64,000 nucleotides of DNA, from NCBI GenBank assembly GCA_021732605.1, contig JAKFUS010000029.1, positions 89,300 through 153,299 of the forward strand, given 5' to 3'. Of this stretch, positions 27,464 to 37,465 are shown one piece after another; the first letter of the stretch is position 1, and each line of letters opens with the position of its first letter. The translations under genes and the position numbers were made by a program. This DNA comes from Betaproteobacteria bacterium. GTDB taxonomy: Bacteria > Pseudomonadota > Gammaproteobacteria > Burkholderiales > SG8-41. The notes beneath the pieces are model-generated. The model saw nothing but the letters and a program-made list of their open reading frames with translations, was not told the DNA's origin and made no database searches.

Positions 27464-28450
27464 TCAGGCGCTGACGGTGTTGCGCAGCGCCTTGCCTTGA
27501 TGCCACATTTCCAGATTGGCGATGAACAGTTGATAAACGCGTTCATCGTTGCCCACGGCCGCGGCTGAATTATGCGGCGTGATCAGCACATTGGGCATAT
27601 CCCACAGCGGCGACTCCTCCAGCGGTTCTTTTGCGAAGACATCGAGATAGGCACCGCCGAGCTGTCCCTCGCGCAGCGCCGCGATCATCGCAGTTTCGTC
27701 GATGATTTCGCCGCGTGCAATATTGATGATGCAGGAACCTTTGCGCAGTCGCGCCAGCATGCCGGCATCGATCAGGCCGCGGGTCTCGCTGGTCAGCGGG
27801 CAGGCGATGATCAACCAGTCGCAATGAGGCAACAATTGCGGCAGCTTGTCTACGGTATGCAGTTCGTCGACCGGATCACCGGGCTTTTTCGGGCTGCGGC
27901 GGATGCCGATGACTTTCAATCCCAGCGCCTGCGCCAGGCGCGCGATTTCACTGCCGATACTGCCGAGGCCCAGCACGACTGCGGTCTGGCCGACGAGGTC
28001 ACGCGGGAAATCCGCCGGCCGCATCGGATCCCAGCGCCGCTCGCGTTGAGCGGTCAGCCAGCGCGGGAAATTGCGTGCCAGCATCAGCAGCCCGGCGATC
28101 GCCGTCTGCGCGATGGGTACCGCGGTGGAACCTGCCGACGTTGTCAGGCGCACTCCGCGCTGAAGCATCTCGGTGTAAATCGGATGGTCGACGCCGGCGT
28201 TGAACACATGCAGCCATTGCAGTGCGGGCGCCTTGCGCAGCGTCGAAAAAAACTGCCGCGAGTACTTCGGAAAAATGTCGTTGGAAAAAAACGCCAGGTC
28301 GAGCCGGGCGCAATCGGCGTCGGACAGCCGGCCTTCAGGATCGGCTGGCAGCACCACCAGTTCCAGCGCCATACCGAGGCGCTGCGCATGGGCGGCGATG
28401 TCGGCGCCACGTTCGGCGTGCAGGCGTGAGGATACGAGCAAGGTGGTCAT
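27464..28450 (-). CDS. D-isomer-specific 2-hydroxyacid dehydrogenase family protein
   Basis: 328 aa. The NAD-binding motif [10 protein letters not shown] and the catalytic region [10 protein letters not shown]...ITPHNS are present. Confidence 0.88.
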   Translation of the reverse strand: MTTLLVSSRLHAERGADIAAHAQRLGMALELVVLPADPEGRLSDADCARLDLAFFSNDIFPKYSRQFFSTLRKAPALQWLHVFNAGVDHPIYTEMLQRGVRLTTSAGSTAVPIAQTAIAGLLMLARNFPRWLTAQRERRWDPMRPADFPRDLVGQTAVVLGLGSIGSEIARLAQALGLKVIGIRRSPKKPGDPVDELHTVDKLPQLLPHCDWLIIACPLTSETRGLIDAGMLARLRKGSCIINIARGEIIDETAMIAALREGQLGGAYLDVFAKEPLEESPLWDMPNVLITPHNSAAAVGNDERVYQLFIANLEMWHQGKALRNTVSA

Positions 28451-28576
28451 TGCAGAAGAATCATGCGAGGTGCTGCCACGGAAGAGGGGGAGATTTTACC
28501 CGCTCTTTGCTACCATGCGGCACTGGCCACAACTGCACCGCAACATTCACGAAAAAACCTGTGGAAAATTCGTTCA

Positions 28577-29713
28577 ATGGAAATTAACACCCTGGAACTG
28601 ACCCGGCAACTGATCGCGCGCCGCTCGGTGTCCCCCGACGATGCCGGTTGCCTCGATCTGGTGATGGAACAACTGAAGCCGCTGGGCTTCGAGTGCGAAA
28701 TCATCGCCATGAACGGCGTCACCAATCTGTGGGCGCGCCGCGGCAAGGCAGCACCCTTGGTGTGTTTCGCCGGCCACACCGATGTGGTGCCCACCGGTCC
28801 GCTGGACAGCTGGCAGATTGACCCCTTCACGCCGACGATCAAGGACGGCGTGTTGTACGGCCGTGGCGCCTCCGACATGAAAACCTCGATCGCGGCCTTT
28901 GTCGTTGCGCTGCGCGATTTCATCAAAGCCAACCCCGACCATCCGGGTTCGCTGGCGGTGCTGTTCACCTCCGACGAGGAAGGCCCGGCCACCGACGGGA
29001 CGGTGCGCGTGGTTGAAGCACTGGCCAAGCGTGGTGAAAAACTCGACTATTGCATTGTCGGTGAACCGACCTGCGTCAAACAGTTGGGCGACACCATCAA
29101 AAACGGTCGCCGCGGTTCACTGACCGGCATCCTTACCGTCAACGGCGTGCAGGGCCATGTCGCCTATCCGCATCTGGCGCGCAACCCGATCCACGAAGTC
29201 GCCGGTGCGATTGCCGAGCTGGCCGCCACCGAATGGGATCGCGGCAATGAATATTTTCCGCCGACCACCTGGCAGGTGTCGAATTTCACCTCCGGCACCG
29301 GCGTCAACAATGTGATTCCCGGCACCGCGCGCGTGCAGTTCAATTTCCGCTTTTCGACGGCGAGTACGGTCGAGTCGCTACAGACGCAGGTGCAGGGCAT
29401 ACTCAACAAACACGATGTGAAATACGACATCGAGTGGCGGCAGGACGGCCGGCCGTTCCTGACGCCCAAGGGTGATCTGGTGGCGGCGATGACGCAGGCG
29501 ATCCAGGAAGTCACGGGCGTGACCACTGAACTGTCGACCACCGGCGGCACGTCTGATGGCCGCTTCATCGCCGACATCTGTCCGCAGGTGGTCGAGTTTG
29601 GCCCCAGCAACGCCACCATCCACAAGGTCAACGAAAGCGTGCCGGTGGCAGAAATAGAGTCGCTGCAGAAAATCTATTTGCGCATCCTGGAGTTGTTGCT
29701 GCCGCAGCGTTAG
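28577..29713 (+). CDS. dapE: Succinyl-diaminopimelate desuccinylase
   Basis: I use the internal ATG at 28577 ([25 protein letters not shown]), the canonical DapE N-terminus. M20 peptidase motifs HTDVVP and SDEEG are present. Confidence 0.9.
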   Translation: MEINTLELTRQLIARRSVSPDDAGCLDLVMEQLKPLGFECEIIAMNGVTNLWARRGKAAPLVCFAGHTDVVPTGPLDSWQIDPFTPTIKDGVLYGRGASDMKTSIAAFVVALRDFIKANPDHPGSLAVLFTSDEEGPATDGTVRVVEALAKRGEKLDYCIVGEPTCVKQLGDTIKNGRRGSLTGILTVNGVQGHVAYPHLARNPIHEVAGAIAELAATEWDRGNEYFPPTTWQVSNFTSGTGVNNVIPGTARVQFNFRFSTASTVESLQTQVQGILNKHDVKYDIEWRQDGRPFLTPKGDLVAAMTQAIQEVTGVTTELSTTGGTSDGRFIADICPQVVEFGPSNATIHKVNESVPVAEIESLQKIYLRILELLLPQR

Positions 29714-30948
29714 CGTCTGGCGGCAAGCCAATCCAGCGCACCCAGTCCAGCGGCACGACCACTGGCAAAACAAGCCGTCAGCAGATAACCACCGGTCGGC
29801 GCTTCCCAGTCGAGCATTTCGCCGGCACAGAACACGCCCGGCAGTTCGCGCAGCATCAGGCGTTCATCGAGTGCTTCAAACGGCACACCACCGGCGCTGC
29901 TGATGGCTTCATCCAGGGGCCGTGTCGCAGTCAGCCGTAAGGGCAGGGCCTTGATGGTTGCGGCGAGAAGTTGCGGGTCGTGCATTTCCGCTGCACTCAG
30001 CGCTTCGCGCAACAGGCCCGCCTTGACGCCCTTGATGCCGAGGCGACCCTGTAAATGGCTGGACAGTGAACGCGAACCACGCGGGTGTGCGACTTCAGCG
30101 GTCACGCGTACCAGATCCTTGTCCGGCACGAGATCGAGGTGCAGCATGACATCGCCCTGAGCGGCGATGCTGTCGCGCAGCGGCGCTGACACTGCATAAA
30201 CCAGACTGCCTTCGATGCCGTAATCGGCGATGACAAATTCACCTTGCCGGCGATGGGTGACGCCCAGTGCGTCGATCAGCGTTGCGGCAACGGCCTTGAC
30301 GGGTTGTCCGGCAAAGCGCTCACGTAAATGCGCACTCCAGGCGATTTCAAACCCACAGTTGGAAGGCACCAACGGCGCCACCGGCACACCGCGCGCCGCC
30401 AGCAGCGGCACCCAGGCGCCATCCGAGCCCAGCCTTGCCCAACTGCCGCCGCCCAGCGCGAGCACGGTGCAGTCGGCCTGGACGATTTTCTCTCTGGCGG
30501 GTGTTGCAAAACGTAGCCCACCATCACGCAGCCCATCGACATTATTCCAGCCGCTCCAGCGGTGGCGCACATGAATGCGCAGTCCGGCGGCGCGCAGCCG
30601 GTGCAGCCAGGCACGCAGCAGGGGTGCAGCTTTCATTTCTTTCGGGAACACGCGCTGCGAAGTGCCGACGAAGGTGTCTATGCCGAGATCGTAGACCCAG
30701 GCGCGCAGCGCATCGGCGCCGAATGTTTCGAGCAGCGGTGTAATCTGTGCCCGGCGTGCGCCATAACGCAGCAGAAATTTTTCCGCGGGCTCGGCATGGG
30801 TGATGTTCAGACCGCCCTTACCGGCGAGCAGGAATTTGCGGCCGACAGAGGGCATCGCATCGTAGAGGTCGACTTGCACACCACCTGCAAGCAGCACCTC
30901 GGCGGCCATCAGCCCGGAGGGGCCGCCGCCGATGATGGCTACAACCAC
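29710..30948 (-). CDS. YhiN/BaiN-family FAD-dependent oxidoreductase
   Basis: 412 aa. It has the N-terminal FAD motif [12 protein letters not shown] and the family C-terminus [18 protein letters not shown]. It overlaps dapE tail-to-tail by 4 nt. Confidence 0.8.
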   Translation of the reverse strand: MVVAIIGGGPSGLMAAEVLLAGGVQVDLYDAMPSVGRKFLLAGKGGLNITHAEPAEKFLLRYGARRAQITPLLETFGADALRAWVYDLGIDTFVGTSQRVFPKEMKAAPLLRAWLHRLRAAGLRIHVRHRWSGWNNVDGLRDGGLRFATPAREKIVQADCTVLALGGGSWARLGSDGAWVPLLAARGVPVAPLVPSNCGFEIAWSAHLRERFAGQPVKAVAATLIDALGVTHRRQGEFVIADYGIEGSLVYAVSAPLRDSIAAQGDVMLHLDLVPDKDLVRVTAEVAHPRGSRSLSSHLQGRLGIKGVKAGLLREALSAAEMHDPQLLAATIKALPLRLTATRPLDEAISSAGGVPFEALDERLMLRELPGVFCAGEMLDWEAPTGGYLLTACFASGRAAGLGALDWLAARR

Positions 30949-31904
30949 TTGGCTTTACGGAATCGGTAGAACAGGTAGCCATCGATGACCGCCATCGTCA
31001 CGAGCGACAGCGGATAACCCCAGACCCATTTCAATTCCGGCATGTGATCGAAGTTCATGCCGTAAATGCCGGCAATCATGGTCGGTACCGCGACCAGCGC
31101 GGCGTAACCCGCGAGTCGCTTGGTGACTTCGCTTTCCTGCAGCGTGATCAGCGACAGGTTGACCGAGATCGCGGTGGTCACCATCTCGCGCGCGGCATCA
31201 ATGCTCTGATTGATACGTCCAAGGTGATCCGCGACGTCGCGAAAATATTCACCCAGCCCGGAGCAGATCACCGGTACGCGGCCACCGTAGAGCTTGCCGA
31301 CACCCTCCAGCAGTGGCGCAGTGGAGTGCTTGAGGGTCATCAGATCCTGCTTGATACCGTACAGCGCTTCAATGTTGGTGCGGGGCGAAGTGCCGGCAAA
31401 GATGTTGTCCTCGATATTCTCGAGCTGGGTCTCGATATGGTCGAGAATCGGGAAATATCGGTCGACCACAGCGTCCATCAAGGCGTAAAGGATATAGCCG
31501 GTGCCGTTTTGCATCAGTTCCGGCTCGCGTTCGCAGCGGGCGCGCACATCCTGAAAATTGCGCTCGCTGCGCATGCGCACCGACAGCACGTAATTGCGAC
31601 CGACAAAAATATCAACCTCGCCAACCCGCAGTTCATCGCCAACGAGCTCGATCATGTGCATCACGAGGAACAGCGAATCGCCGTATTCCTCGAATTTCGG
31701 GCGCTGGTGGCCGTTGCGCGCATCTTCGACAGCCAGCGGATGCAGGTCGAACTCTTCTTCCAGCTGTTCAAGTTCATGCGGCTCCGGATCGCGCACGGCC
31801 ACCCACACGACGCAGTCGTTCCGCGCGAGGTATTCGTGGATTTCCTCGCGCCCGATATCCGCGATTTTTTTGCCGTCTTTGTATGCGACGCTGTTGACCA
31901 GCAT
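30939..31904 (-). CDS. corA: CorA-family magnesium/cobalt transporter
   Basis: 321 aa. The YGMNF signature lies between two C-terminal TM helices. Confidence 0.9.
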   Translation of the reverse strand: MLVNSVAYKDGKKIADIGREEIHEYLARNDCVVWVAVRDPEPHELEQLEEEFDLHPLAVEDARNGHQRPKFEEYGDSLFLVMHMIELVGDELRVGEVDIFVGRNYVLSVRMRSERNFQDVRARCEREPELMQNGTGYILYALMDAVVDRYFPILDHIETQLENIEDNIFAGTSPRTNIEALYGIKQDLMTLKHSTAPLLEGVGKLYGGRVPVICSGLGEYFRDVADHLGRINQSIDAAREMVTTAISVNLSLITLQESEVTKRLAGYAALVAVPTMIAGIYGMNFDHMPELKWVWGYPLSLVTMAVIDGYLFYRFRKAKWL

Positions 31905-31957
31905 GGGTATTCCCCTTCGCGCCGATGATAACGCAGCGCCGTCCCGGATTGCCGGCC

Positions 31958-32572
31958 TCAGGCCAGCCAGGGCCGCTCGGCGTGGTAGTTGTTTTCGAAG
32001 GACTCTATGCCGGGGAGTTGCTCCAGCACCAGCCCGATGTCGTCGAGCCCCTTCAGCAGGCGTTCCTTGTACACCGGGTCAATGGTGAAGGGATGCGCCG
32101 TGCCCTCGGTGTCGGTGACAGTCTGCGTTGGCAGGTCGATGGCCAGTGTTGCGCCCGGATTGGACTGCAGCTGGTCGCGCAGTCCGCGGCAGATTTCCTC
32201 GGGCAGGGTCACCGGCAGCATGCCGTTCTGCAGTTCATTGGCGTAATGGATGTCGCCGAATGATGGCGCGATCACCGCCCGGATACCGTAGTCGAGCAGC
32301 GCGTAGACCGCGCCTTCACGCGACGAGCCGCAGCCGAAGTTGGCGCCGGCGACGATGATGCCAGCATGGCGGAACGCAGGTTTGTTCAGCACGAAGTCGG
32401 GTTTTTCCTGTCCGGCATTGTCGAAACGCACGTCATGAAACAGGTAGCCCTGATACCCGGCTTCGGCGCTGCGCAGTTTGCGCAGGAAACGCACGGGGAT
32501 GATGCGGTCGGTGTCGATATTGGCCATGTCGATCGGTGCGGCAATGGCGGTCAGTGTCGTGAACGGTTTCAT
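31958..32572 (-). CDS. Aconitase-family dehydratase small subunit (LeuD-like)
   Basis: 204 aa with GANFGCGSSREGAV. It lies 4 nt downstream of the large subunit. Confidence 0.85.
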   Translation of the reverse strand: MKPFTTLTAIAAPIDMANIDTDRIIPVRFLRKLRSAEAGYQGYLFHDVRFDNAGQEKPDFVLNKPAFRHAGIIVAGANFGCGSSREGAVYALLDYGIRAVIAPSFGDIHYANELQNGMLPVTLPEEICRGLRDQLQSNPGATLAIDLPTQTVTDTEGTAHPFTIDPVYKERLLKGLDDIGLVLEQLPGIESFENNYHAERPWLA

Positions 32573-32576
32573 GGAT

Positions 32577-33995
32577 TCAGACTCCTCCCGCCAGCAGTTT
32601 GCGCACGTCAGTGACGTGGCCGGTGATCATCGCCGCGGCGGCCATCGCCGGGCTCATCAGGTGGGTGCGCGCGCCCTTGCCCTGGCGGCCTTCAAAATTG
32701 CGGTTCGACGTTGACGCACAGCGCAGGCCCGCAGGCACGGTGTCGCCGTTCATCGCGGCACAACTCGAGCAGCCGGAAGCGCGCCACTCGACCCCCGCGT
32801 CGAGGAAGATGCGGTCGAGGCCTTCCGCTTCGGCTTGCGCCTTAAGCGCGGTGGAGCCCGGCGATACCCAGGCCGGGATCATCGATTTGCGGCCTTTCAG
32901 CACGGCGGCAGCGGCGCGCAGGTCTTCAATGCGGCCGTTGGTGCAACTGCCGATGAAGGCGCGGTCTATGCGGATGTCGGTCAGCGCCATGCCGGGTTTC
33001 AAGTCCATGTAGGCGAGGGCCTGTATGGCATGCGCGCGTTGATTCGGGTCGCCCAGCGTTTTCGGATCAGGGATGTGGCCCGAAACCGGCAGCGCTTCCT
33101 CAGGACTGGTACCCCAGGTCAGCATCGGTTCGAGTTTGGTGGCGTCGAGAGTGACGCTGCGATCAAAACGCGCGCCGTCGTCGGTCGGCAGTGTGCGCCA
33201 TTGCGCCAGCGCGCGATCCCAGTCCGCGTCCTTGGGTGCGTATTCACGGCCGTGCAGATATTGGTACACCGCATCGTCAGGCGCGATCATGCCGGCGCGA
33301 CCGCCGGCTTCAATCGCCATGTTGCACACGGTGAGCCGGCCTTCGACCGTCAGCCCGCGAATCGCCGAACCGGCGAACTCGATGACGTGGCCAGTGGCGC
33401 CTGCTGTGCCGATTTTGGCGATGATCGCCAGCACGATGTCCTTGCCGGTGACCTGCGAGCCCAACGCGCCGTTGACCACCACCTGCAGCGTTTTCGGCCG
33501 CTTCAGCCACAGGCATTGCGTGGCGAGGATTTGTTTCAATTGTGATGCGCCGGTGCCGAAGGCGTAGGCGCCCAATGCACCGTGCGTGGAGGTATGCGAG
33601 TCGCCGCAGGTGATGGTCAGTCCCGGTTGCGTGATGCCGAGTTCGGGTCCGATGACGTGCACGATGCCCTGGCGCGCGTCGTCGATACCGAAATGCGCGA
33701 CCTGGTTGACGCGGCAGTTCTCCTCAAGTAAACGAATCATGTGCCGCGCATCGGCATCCTCGGCGCCGTCCACGCCACGTTCGCGGCCGACGGTGGGCAC
33801 GTAATGGTCGGCGACGGCAAAAGTCTGCCGCGGCTTGCGCACGCTGCGCCCCTCCTTGGCCAGCGCGCCGAAGGCGTGGAACGAACCCTCATGGACAAAA
33901 TTGCGGTCGATGTGCAGCAGCGCATCGCCACCCGGTTTTTCGAGGATGACGTGGCTGTCCCAGATCTTGTCGAACAGGGTGCGCGGCTTGGTCAT
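32577..33995 (-). CDS. Aconitase-family dehydratase large subunit (LeuC-like)
   Basis: 472 aa. The Fe-S ligand regions GSCTNGR and GCSSCAAMNG are present. The genomic context is catabolic, not leucine biosynthesis. Confidence 0.88.
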   Translation of the reverse strand: MTKPRTLFDKIWDSHVILEKPGGDALLHIDRNFVHEGSFHAFGALAKEGRSVRKPRQTFAVADHYVPTVGRERGVDGAEDADARHMIRLLEENCRVNQVAHFGIDDARQGIVHVIGPELGITQPGLTITCGDSHTSTHGALGAYAFGTGASQLKQILATQCLWLKRPKTLQVVVNGALGSQVTGKDIVLAIIAKIGTAGATGHVIEFAGSAIRGLTVEGRLTVCNMAIEAGGRAGMIAPDDAVYQYLHGREYAPKDADWDRALAQWRTLPTDDGARFDRSVTLDATKLEPMLTWGTSPEEALPVSGHIPDPKTLGDPNQRAHAIQALAYMDLKPGMALTDIRIDRAFIGSCTNGRIEDLRAAAAVLKGRKSMIPAWVSPGSTALKAQAEAEGLDRIFLDAGVEWRASGCSSCAAMNGDTVPAGLRCASTSNRNFEGRQGKGARTHLMSPAMAAAAMITGHVTDVRKLLAGGV

Positions 33996-34031
33996 TAATT
34001 TATCAATTAAATCAAATAGTTATAAATGATC
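33996..34031 (-). repeat. AT-rich intergenic block, copy C
   Basis: complement(34004..34023) is ATAACTATTTGATTTAATTG, identical to 15260-15279. It ends 8 nt before the LeuC-like ATG. Confidence 0.75.
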
Positions 34032-34036
34032 GCCGG

Positions 34037-34942
34037 TTACAGCCCGGCGCGCTGGTCTTCCGGCAGGCCGTAGCGGTTTTCCAGTTCCTGGATCTCGGGC
34101 AGGCCGGCGATGTCGGTGAACTGTTTGAAATTCGCCACCTTGTCGCGCATGTGCGCAATCGAGCCGGTTTTTTTCAGTTCGCGCAGCAGGTTCTGCATCG
34201 CCGGGATCGCCGCGAGCATGACCCAGTTCGGATAAATCGCAATTTTGAAACCGAGTTTGCCCAGTTCATCCGCGGGCAGGTCCGGCGTTTTGCCGCTGGA
34301 GGCCATGTTGTAGAGCAGGGGCACACCCTTGAAGCGTTTTGATACGACCTCGACCTGCTCACGGCCGACGGGCGCCTCAATAAACAACACATCGGCCCCC
34401 GCTTCGCGGTAACGCTCGCCGCGCTCCAGTGCCGCCTCCATGCCCTCGATGGCAATGGCATCGGTGCGGGTGATGATGACGAAATCGTCGTCGCGTCGCG
34501 CATCGCAGGCGGCCTTGATCTTGGCGACCATTTCCGCAGTCGGGATCACGCGTTTGCCGGCGAGATGGCCGCAGCGCTTGGGCCAAGCCTGGTCTTCGAT
34601 GTGCACGCCGGCGACACCGGCCTTTTCATAGTCGCGGATGGTGCGCCGGGTGTTGATCGGATTGCCGTAACCGGTGTCGGCATCGGCGATCACCGGCAGA
34701 CCGGATGCGTCAGCGATGCGCCCGGCGTTGTCGATCATTTCATTGGCGGTGAGCAGACCGACGTCGGGCATGCCGAGGCGCGTCAGGCTGGTGCCGAAGC
34801 CGGTCATGTAGACCGCTTCGAAGCCCTCCATTTTCACCATGCGTGCGGCGAAGGCGTCGGCGACGCCCGGTACGACCAGGCAGCCGGGGCGTGCCAGCAG
34901 CGCGCGCATGCGGGCGGTCAGACGTTCATCGGGTTTGGCCAT
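34037..34942 (-). CDS. Isocitrate lyase / PEP mutase superfamily enzyme (methylisocitrate-lyase / carboxyvinyl-carboxyphosphonate-phosphorylmutase-like)
   Basis: 301 aa. Motifs DADTGYGN and HIEDQAWPKRCGH are present. Confidence 0.85.
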   Translation of the reverse strand: MAKPDERLTARMRALLARPGCLVVPGVADAFAARMVKMEGFEAVYMTGFGTSLTRLGMPDVGLLTANEMIDNAGRIADASGLPVIADADTGYGNPINTRRTIRDYEKAGVAGVHIEDQAWPKRCGHLAGKRVIPTAEMVAKIKAACDARRDDDFVIITRTDAIAIEGMEAALERGERYREAGADVLFIEAPVGREQVEVVSKRFKGVPLLYNMASSGKTPDLPADELGKLGFKIAIYPNWVMLAAIPAMQNLLRELKKTGSIAHMRDKVANFKQFTDIAGLPEIQELENRYGLPEDQRAGL

Positions 34943-34977
34943 CAGATATTCCAGTCAGTAAAGTAATACGAATTGTT

Positions 34978-35955
34978 TTATTCAAACTTCAAATCAAGTT
35001 TTTTCACCAGCGCCTGCCACTGCACCAGTTCTTCGCGGATGCGTTTGCTGAATTCTTCGGGTGAACTGGCGCCGGGCTCGGTGCCGAGGCCGCGAAAGCG
35101 GTCGCTGACCACGGTGTTGCCCATCACTTTGCGGATCGCTGCATTGAGCTTGTCGATCACCGGTTTGGGGGTGCCCGTCGGCGCCAGCAGGCCGAGCAGC
35201 GTGGCCGCCTGATAACCCTTGTAGCCGAGCTCATCCAGCGTCGGCACGTTGGGCAGTGCGCCTGACCGCTGTGTGGTGGTGACTGCCAGCACTTTCAGCC
35301 GTCCGTCCTTGATGTGGCCGATGGATGCCGCGAGCTGGTCGACCATGGTTTCAACCTGGCCGCCGAGCAGCTCCGACAGTGCCGGCCCACTGCCCTTGTA
35401 CGGCACATGCAGCACCTTGACGCCGGCCATCTGCGCAAAGAGTTCAATCGCAAAATGATTGGTGGTGCCTGCGCCCGCCGAAGCCATGGTCACCTTGCCC
35501 GGCCGCGATTTGGCCGCGGCAATCACGTCGGCGACCGAATTGAAACCGGATTTCGGGCTGGCCAGCAGCACCAGCGGCACCGCCTGTACCGTGGAGATCG
35601 GCGCGAAATCCTTCAGTGAATCGTAGGGCAGGGATTTGAAAATGACCGGGTTCACCGACAGCGGTCCGCTGGAGCCCACCAGCAGCGTGTAACCGTCGGG
35701 CGTGGATTTCGTCACCAGCGACGCACCGAGATTGCCGCCGGCCCCTGGCCGGTTGTCGACCACCACGGTCTGTCCCAGCGCTTCACCCAGCGGCGGGGCG
35801 ACGATGCGCGCGGAAATATCGACGTTGCCGCCGGGCGCGTAAGGCACAACGATGCGGATCGGGCGGGTCGGAAACTGATCTGCAGCGCCAACGGGTGTTG
35901 TGAATGTGGCAAATACCATTGTGGCAAACACCAGCATGACCTTGATTTTTTTCAT
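34978..35955 (-). CDS. Bug/TctC-family substrate-binding protein
   Basis: 325 aa with a signal peptide, then FPTRPIRIVVPYAPGGNVD. A GGAGGAG Shine-Dalgarno precedes the start. Confidence 0.9.
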   Translation of the reverse strand: MKKIKVMLVFATMVFATFTTPVGAADQFPTRPIRIVVPYAPGGNVDISARIVAPPLGEALGQTVVVDNRPGAGGNLGASLVTKSTPDGYTLLVGSSGPLSVNPVIFKSLPYDSLKDFAPISTVQAVPLVLLASPKSGFNSVADVIAAAKSRPGKVTMASAGAGTTNHFAIELFAQMAGVKVLHVPYKGSGPALSELLGGQVETMVDQLAASIGHIKDGRLKVLAVTTTQRSGALPNVPTLDELGYKGYQAATLLGLLAPTGTPKPVIDKLNAAIRKVMGNTVVSDRFRGLGTEPGASSPEEFSKRIREELVQWQALVKKLDLKFE

Positions 35956-35980
35956 GCGACTCCTCCGTGCTGCGTGTTTT

Positions 35981-36036
35981 ATGTGCGGCTCATTCTGTGC
36001 GGCTCATTTTGCGCGACGCATTTTGCGCGGCTCAAC
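35981..36036. repeat. Four tandem degenerate 14-mers (ATGTGCGGCTCATT / CTGTGCGGCTCATT / TTGCGCGACGCATT / TTGCGCGGCTCAAC)
   Basis: Read directly in the 76-nt spacer between the PrpD-family stop and the Bug start. The last unit overlaps the stop codon. Confidence 0.7.
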
Positions 36037-37417
36037 CTGCTGCACCCTCCAGGAGGACTTCCTTTGGGGCGCGTTTTGCTCCGGCGCCAGTATCGTAATC
36101 GACATTGGCGAGTTTTTCGGTGCTCCACAACTGTTTCAGCAGCGAGGCCGCGGCAGCCTTGCCCAGCACCGGCTCGGCGAGTTCCGTGAATTTGTCGTTC
36201 AGTTCCTCGTCGCTCAGTGGCAGCTCCGGATCGCCTTTGCGGTACGGCTGGAAGTACTCGAGCTTGCGGCCGTCGGTGAGTTCGATTTGCACGCGCGATT
36301 CGCGGCGCTTGGGATAACCCGCGGAGATTTCCGGGTCGGCGATCGGCTCAATCTTTTTGAGCAGCGTGCGTATGTCGGGATCACTCAGGTGGTCGGGGTC
36401 GAAAGCGTTCAGGCGCACGCTGCCGCGCACCAGCGCGTGCGCGACGGTGTACTGGATGCTGAACTTGGCCTGGTATTCGCCCTCGGGATTGTTGTTGTCG
36501 ATGATGTTGAGGCCGGCTTTATAGGTGTGCAGCTTGATGTGCTTGATGTCCTGGTGGCTGAACTTGTGCTCTTTCTGCAGATGCAGCGCGCCATCGATCG
36601 ACGGGAAGGTGTGGCCGCAGCAGCCGTGGTTTTTGAAGGTCATCTGCTTGATGTGGTAGTCAATACCGAGGCCTTTTGTGGCTTTGCTCCAGTCCGGGTT
36701 CACACTCATCGCGTTGCCGAAGCCGACTTCACCTTCGATGATGTCCAGCGCGCCGGTAACCCCTTTGACCGCCATCATCGCCGCCCAGCAGCCGGCATCG
36801 GCCGCGTGGCCGCCGTGCAGCGGCTTGGTCATCGCCTGTGAACGGAAGGCCTGCTGCAGGCCGGAGGCAAAACTGCCGACGGTCGCCAGCGCGTGCATGA
36901 ACTGTTCCTTGTTTGCGCCGAGGATGGTGGCCGCCGCGGCCGCCGCGCCGAAGGAGCCGACGGTGCCGGTGGTGTGCCAGTAATTGTAATGCGAAGGCAT
37001 GATGGCCTCACCGATGCGGGTGGAGATTTCATAACCGACAATCACGCCGCGCAGGAATTGGTCGCCCGAGGCGCCGCTGGACTGTGCCGCAGCCAGCGCC
37101 GCGGAAATCACCGGGCTGCCCGGGTGGTAACCGGCATCGCGGTAGATGTCGTCGAATTCCACTGAATGCGAAGCGGCGCCGTTGATCAAGGCGGCTGCGC
37201 GCAATGTGGCGCGACGGCCGGTGGCCAGACGGGCGCGGCCGCGGTCGAGGTCCTCGGCAAACGCCTGCTCCATCAAGGTCGCGGGAGCGACGATGCTGCC
37301 GGGCAACAGCGCCGCGTACCAGTCGATCACCGCGCGTTTGGCGTGGTGGATGACCTCAGGCGGCAGCTTGGAGGTTTGTTCCTTGATTGCGTAATCGGCC
37401 AGTTGTTGCATCAGCAT
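36032..37417 (-). CDS. MmgE/PrpD-family protein, paralogue 1
   Basis: 461 aa. It has the family-typical N-terminus (ADYAIKEQTSKLPPEVIHHAKRAVIDWYAA) and length. Confidence 0.85.
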   Translation of the reverse strand: MLMQQLADYAIKEQTSKLPPEVIHHAKRAVIDWYAALLPGSIVAPATLMEQAFAEDLDRGRARLATGRRATLRAAALINGAASHSVEFDDIYRDAGYHPGSPVISAALAAAQSSGASGDQFLRGVIVGYEISTRIGEAIMPSHYNYWHTTGTVGSFGAAAAAATILGANKEQFMHALATVGSFASGLQQAFRSQAMTKPLHGGHAADAGCWAAMMAVKGVTGALDIIEGEVGFGNAMSVNPDWSKATKGLGIDYHIKQMTFKNHGCCGHTFPSIDGALHLQKEHKFSHQDIKHIKLHTYKAGLNIIDNNNPEGEYQAKFSIQYTVAHALVRGSVRLNAFDPDHLSDPDIRTLLKKIEPIADPEISAGYPKRRESRVQIELTDGRKLEYFQPYRKGDPELPLSDEELNDKFTELAEPVLGKAAAASLLKQLWSTEKLANVDYDTGAGAKRAPKEVLLEGAAG

Positions 37418-37465
37418 GATGGAATCTCCTCGTGAGTGCGCTACATACTTTCCTGATGGTTTCGT

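Noticed and set aside
35900-36841. 313-aa + strand ORF
   Set aside because: Antisense to PrpD-family paralogue 1, and it runs through the tandem 14-mer spacer.
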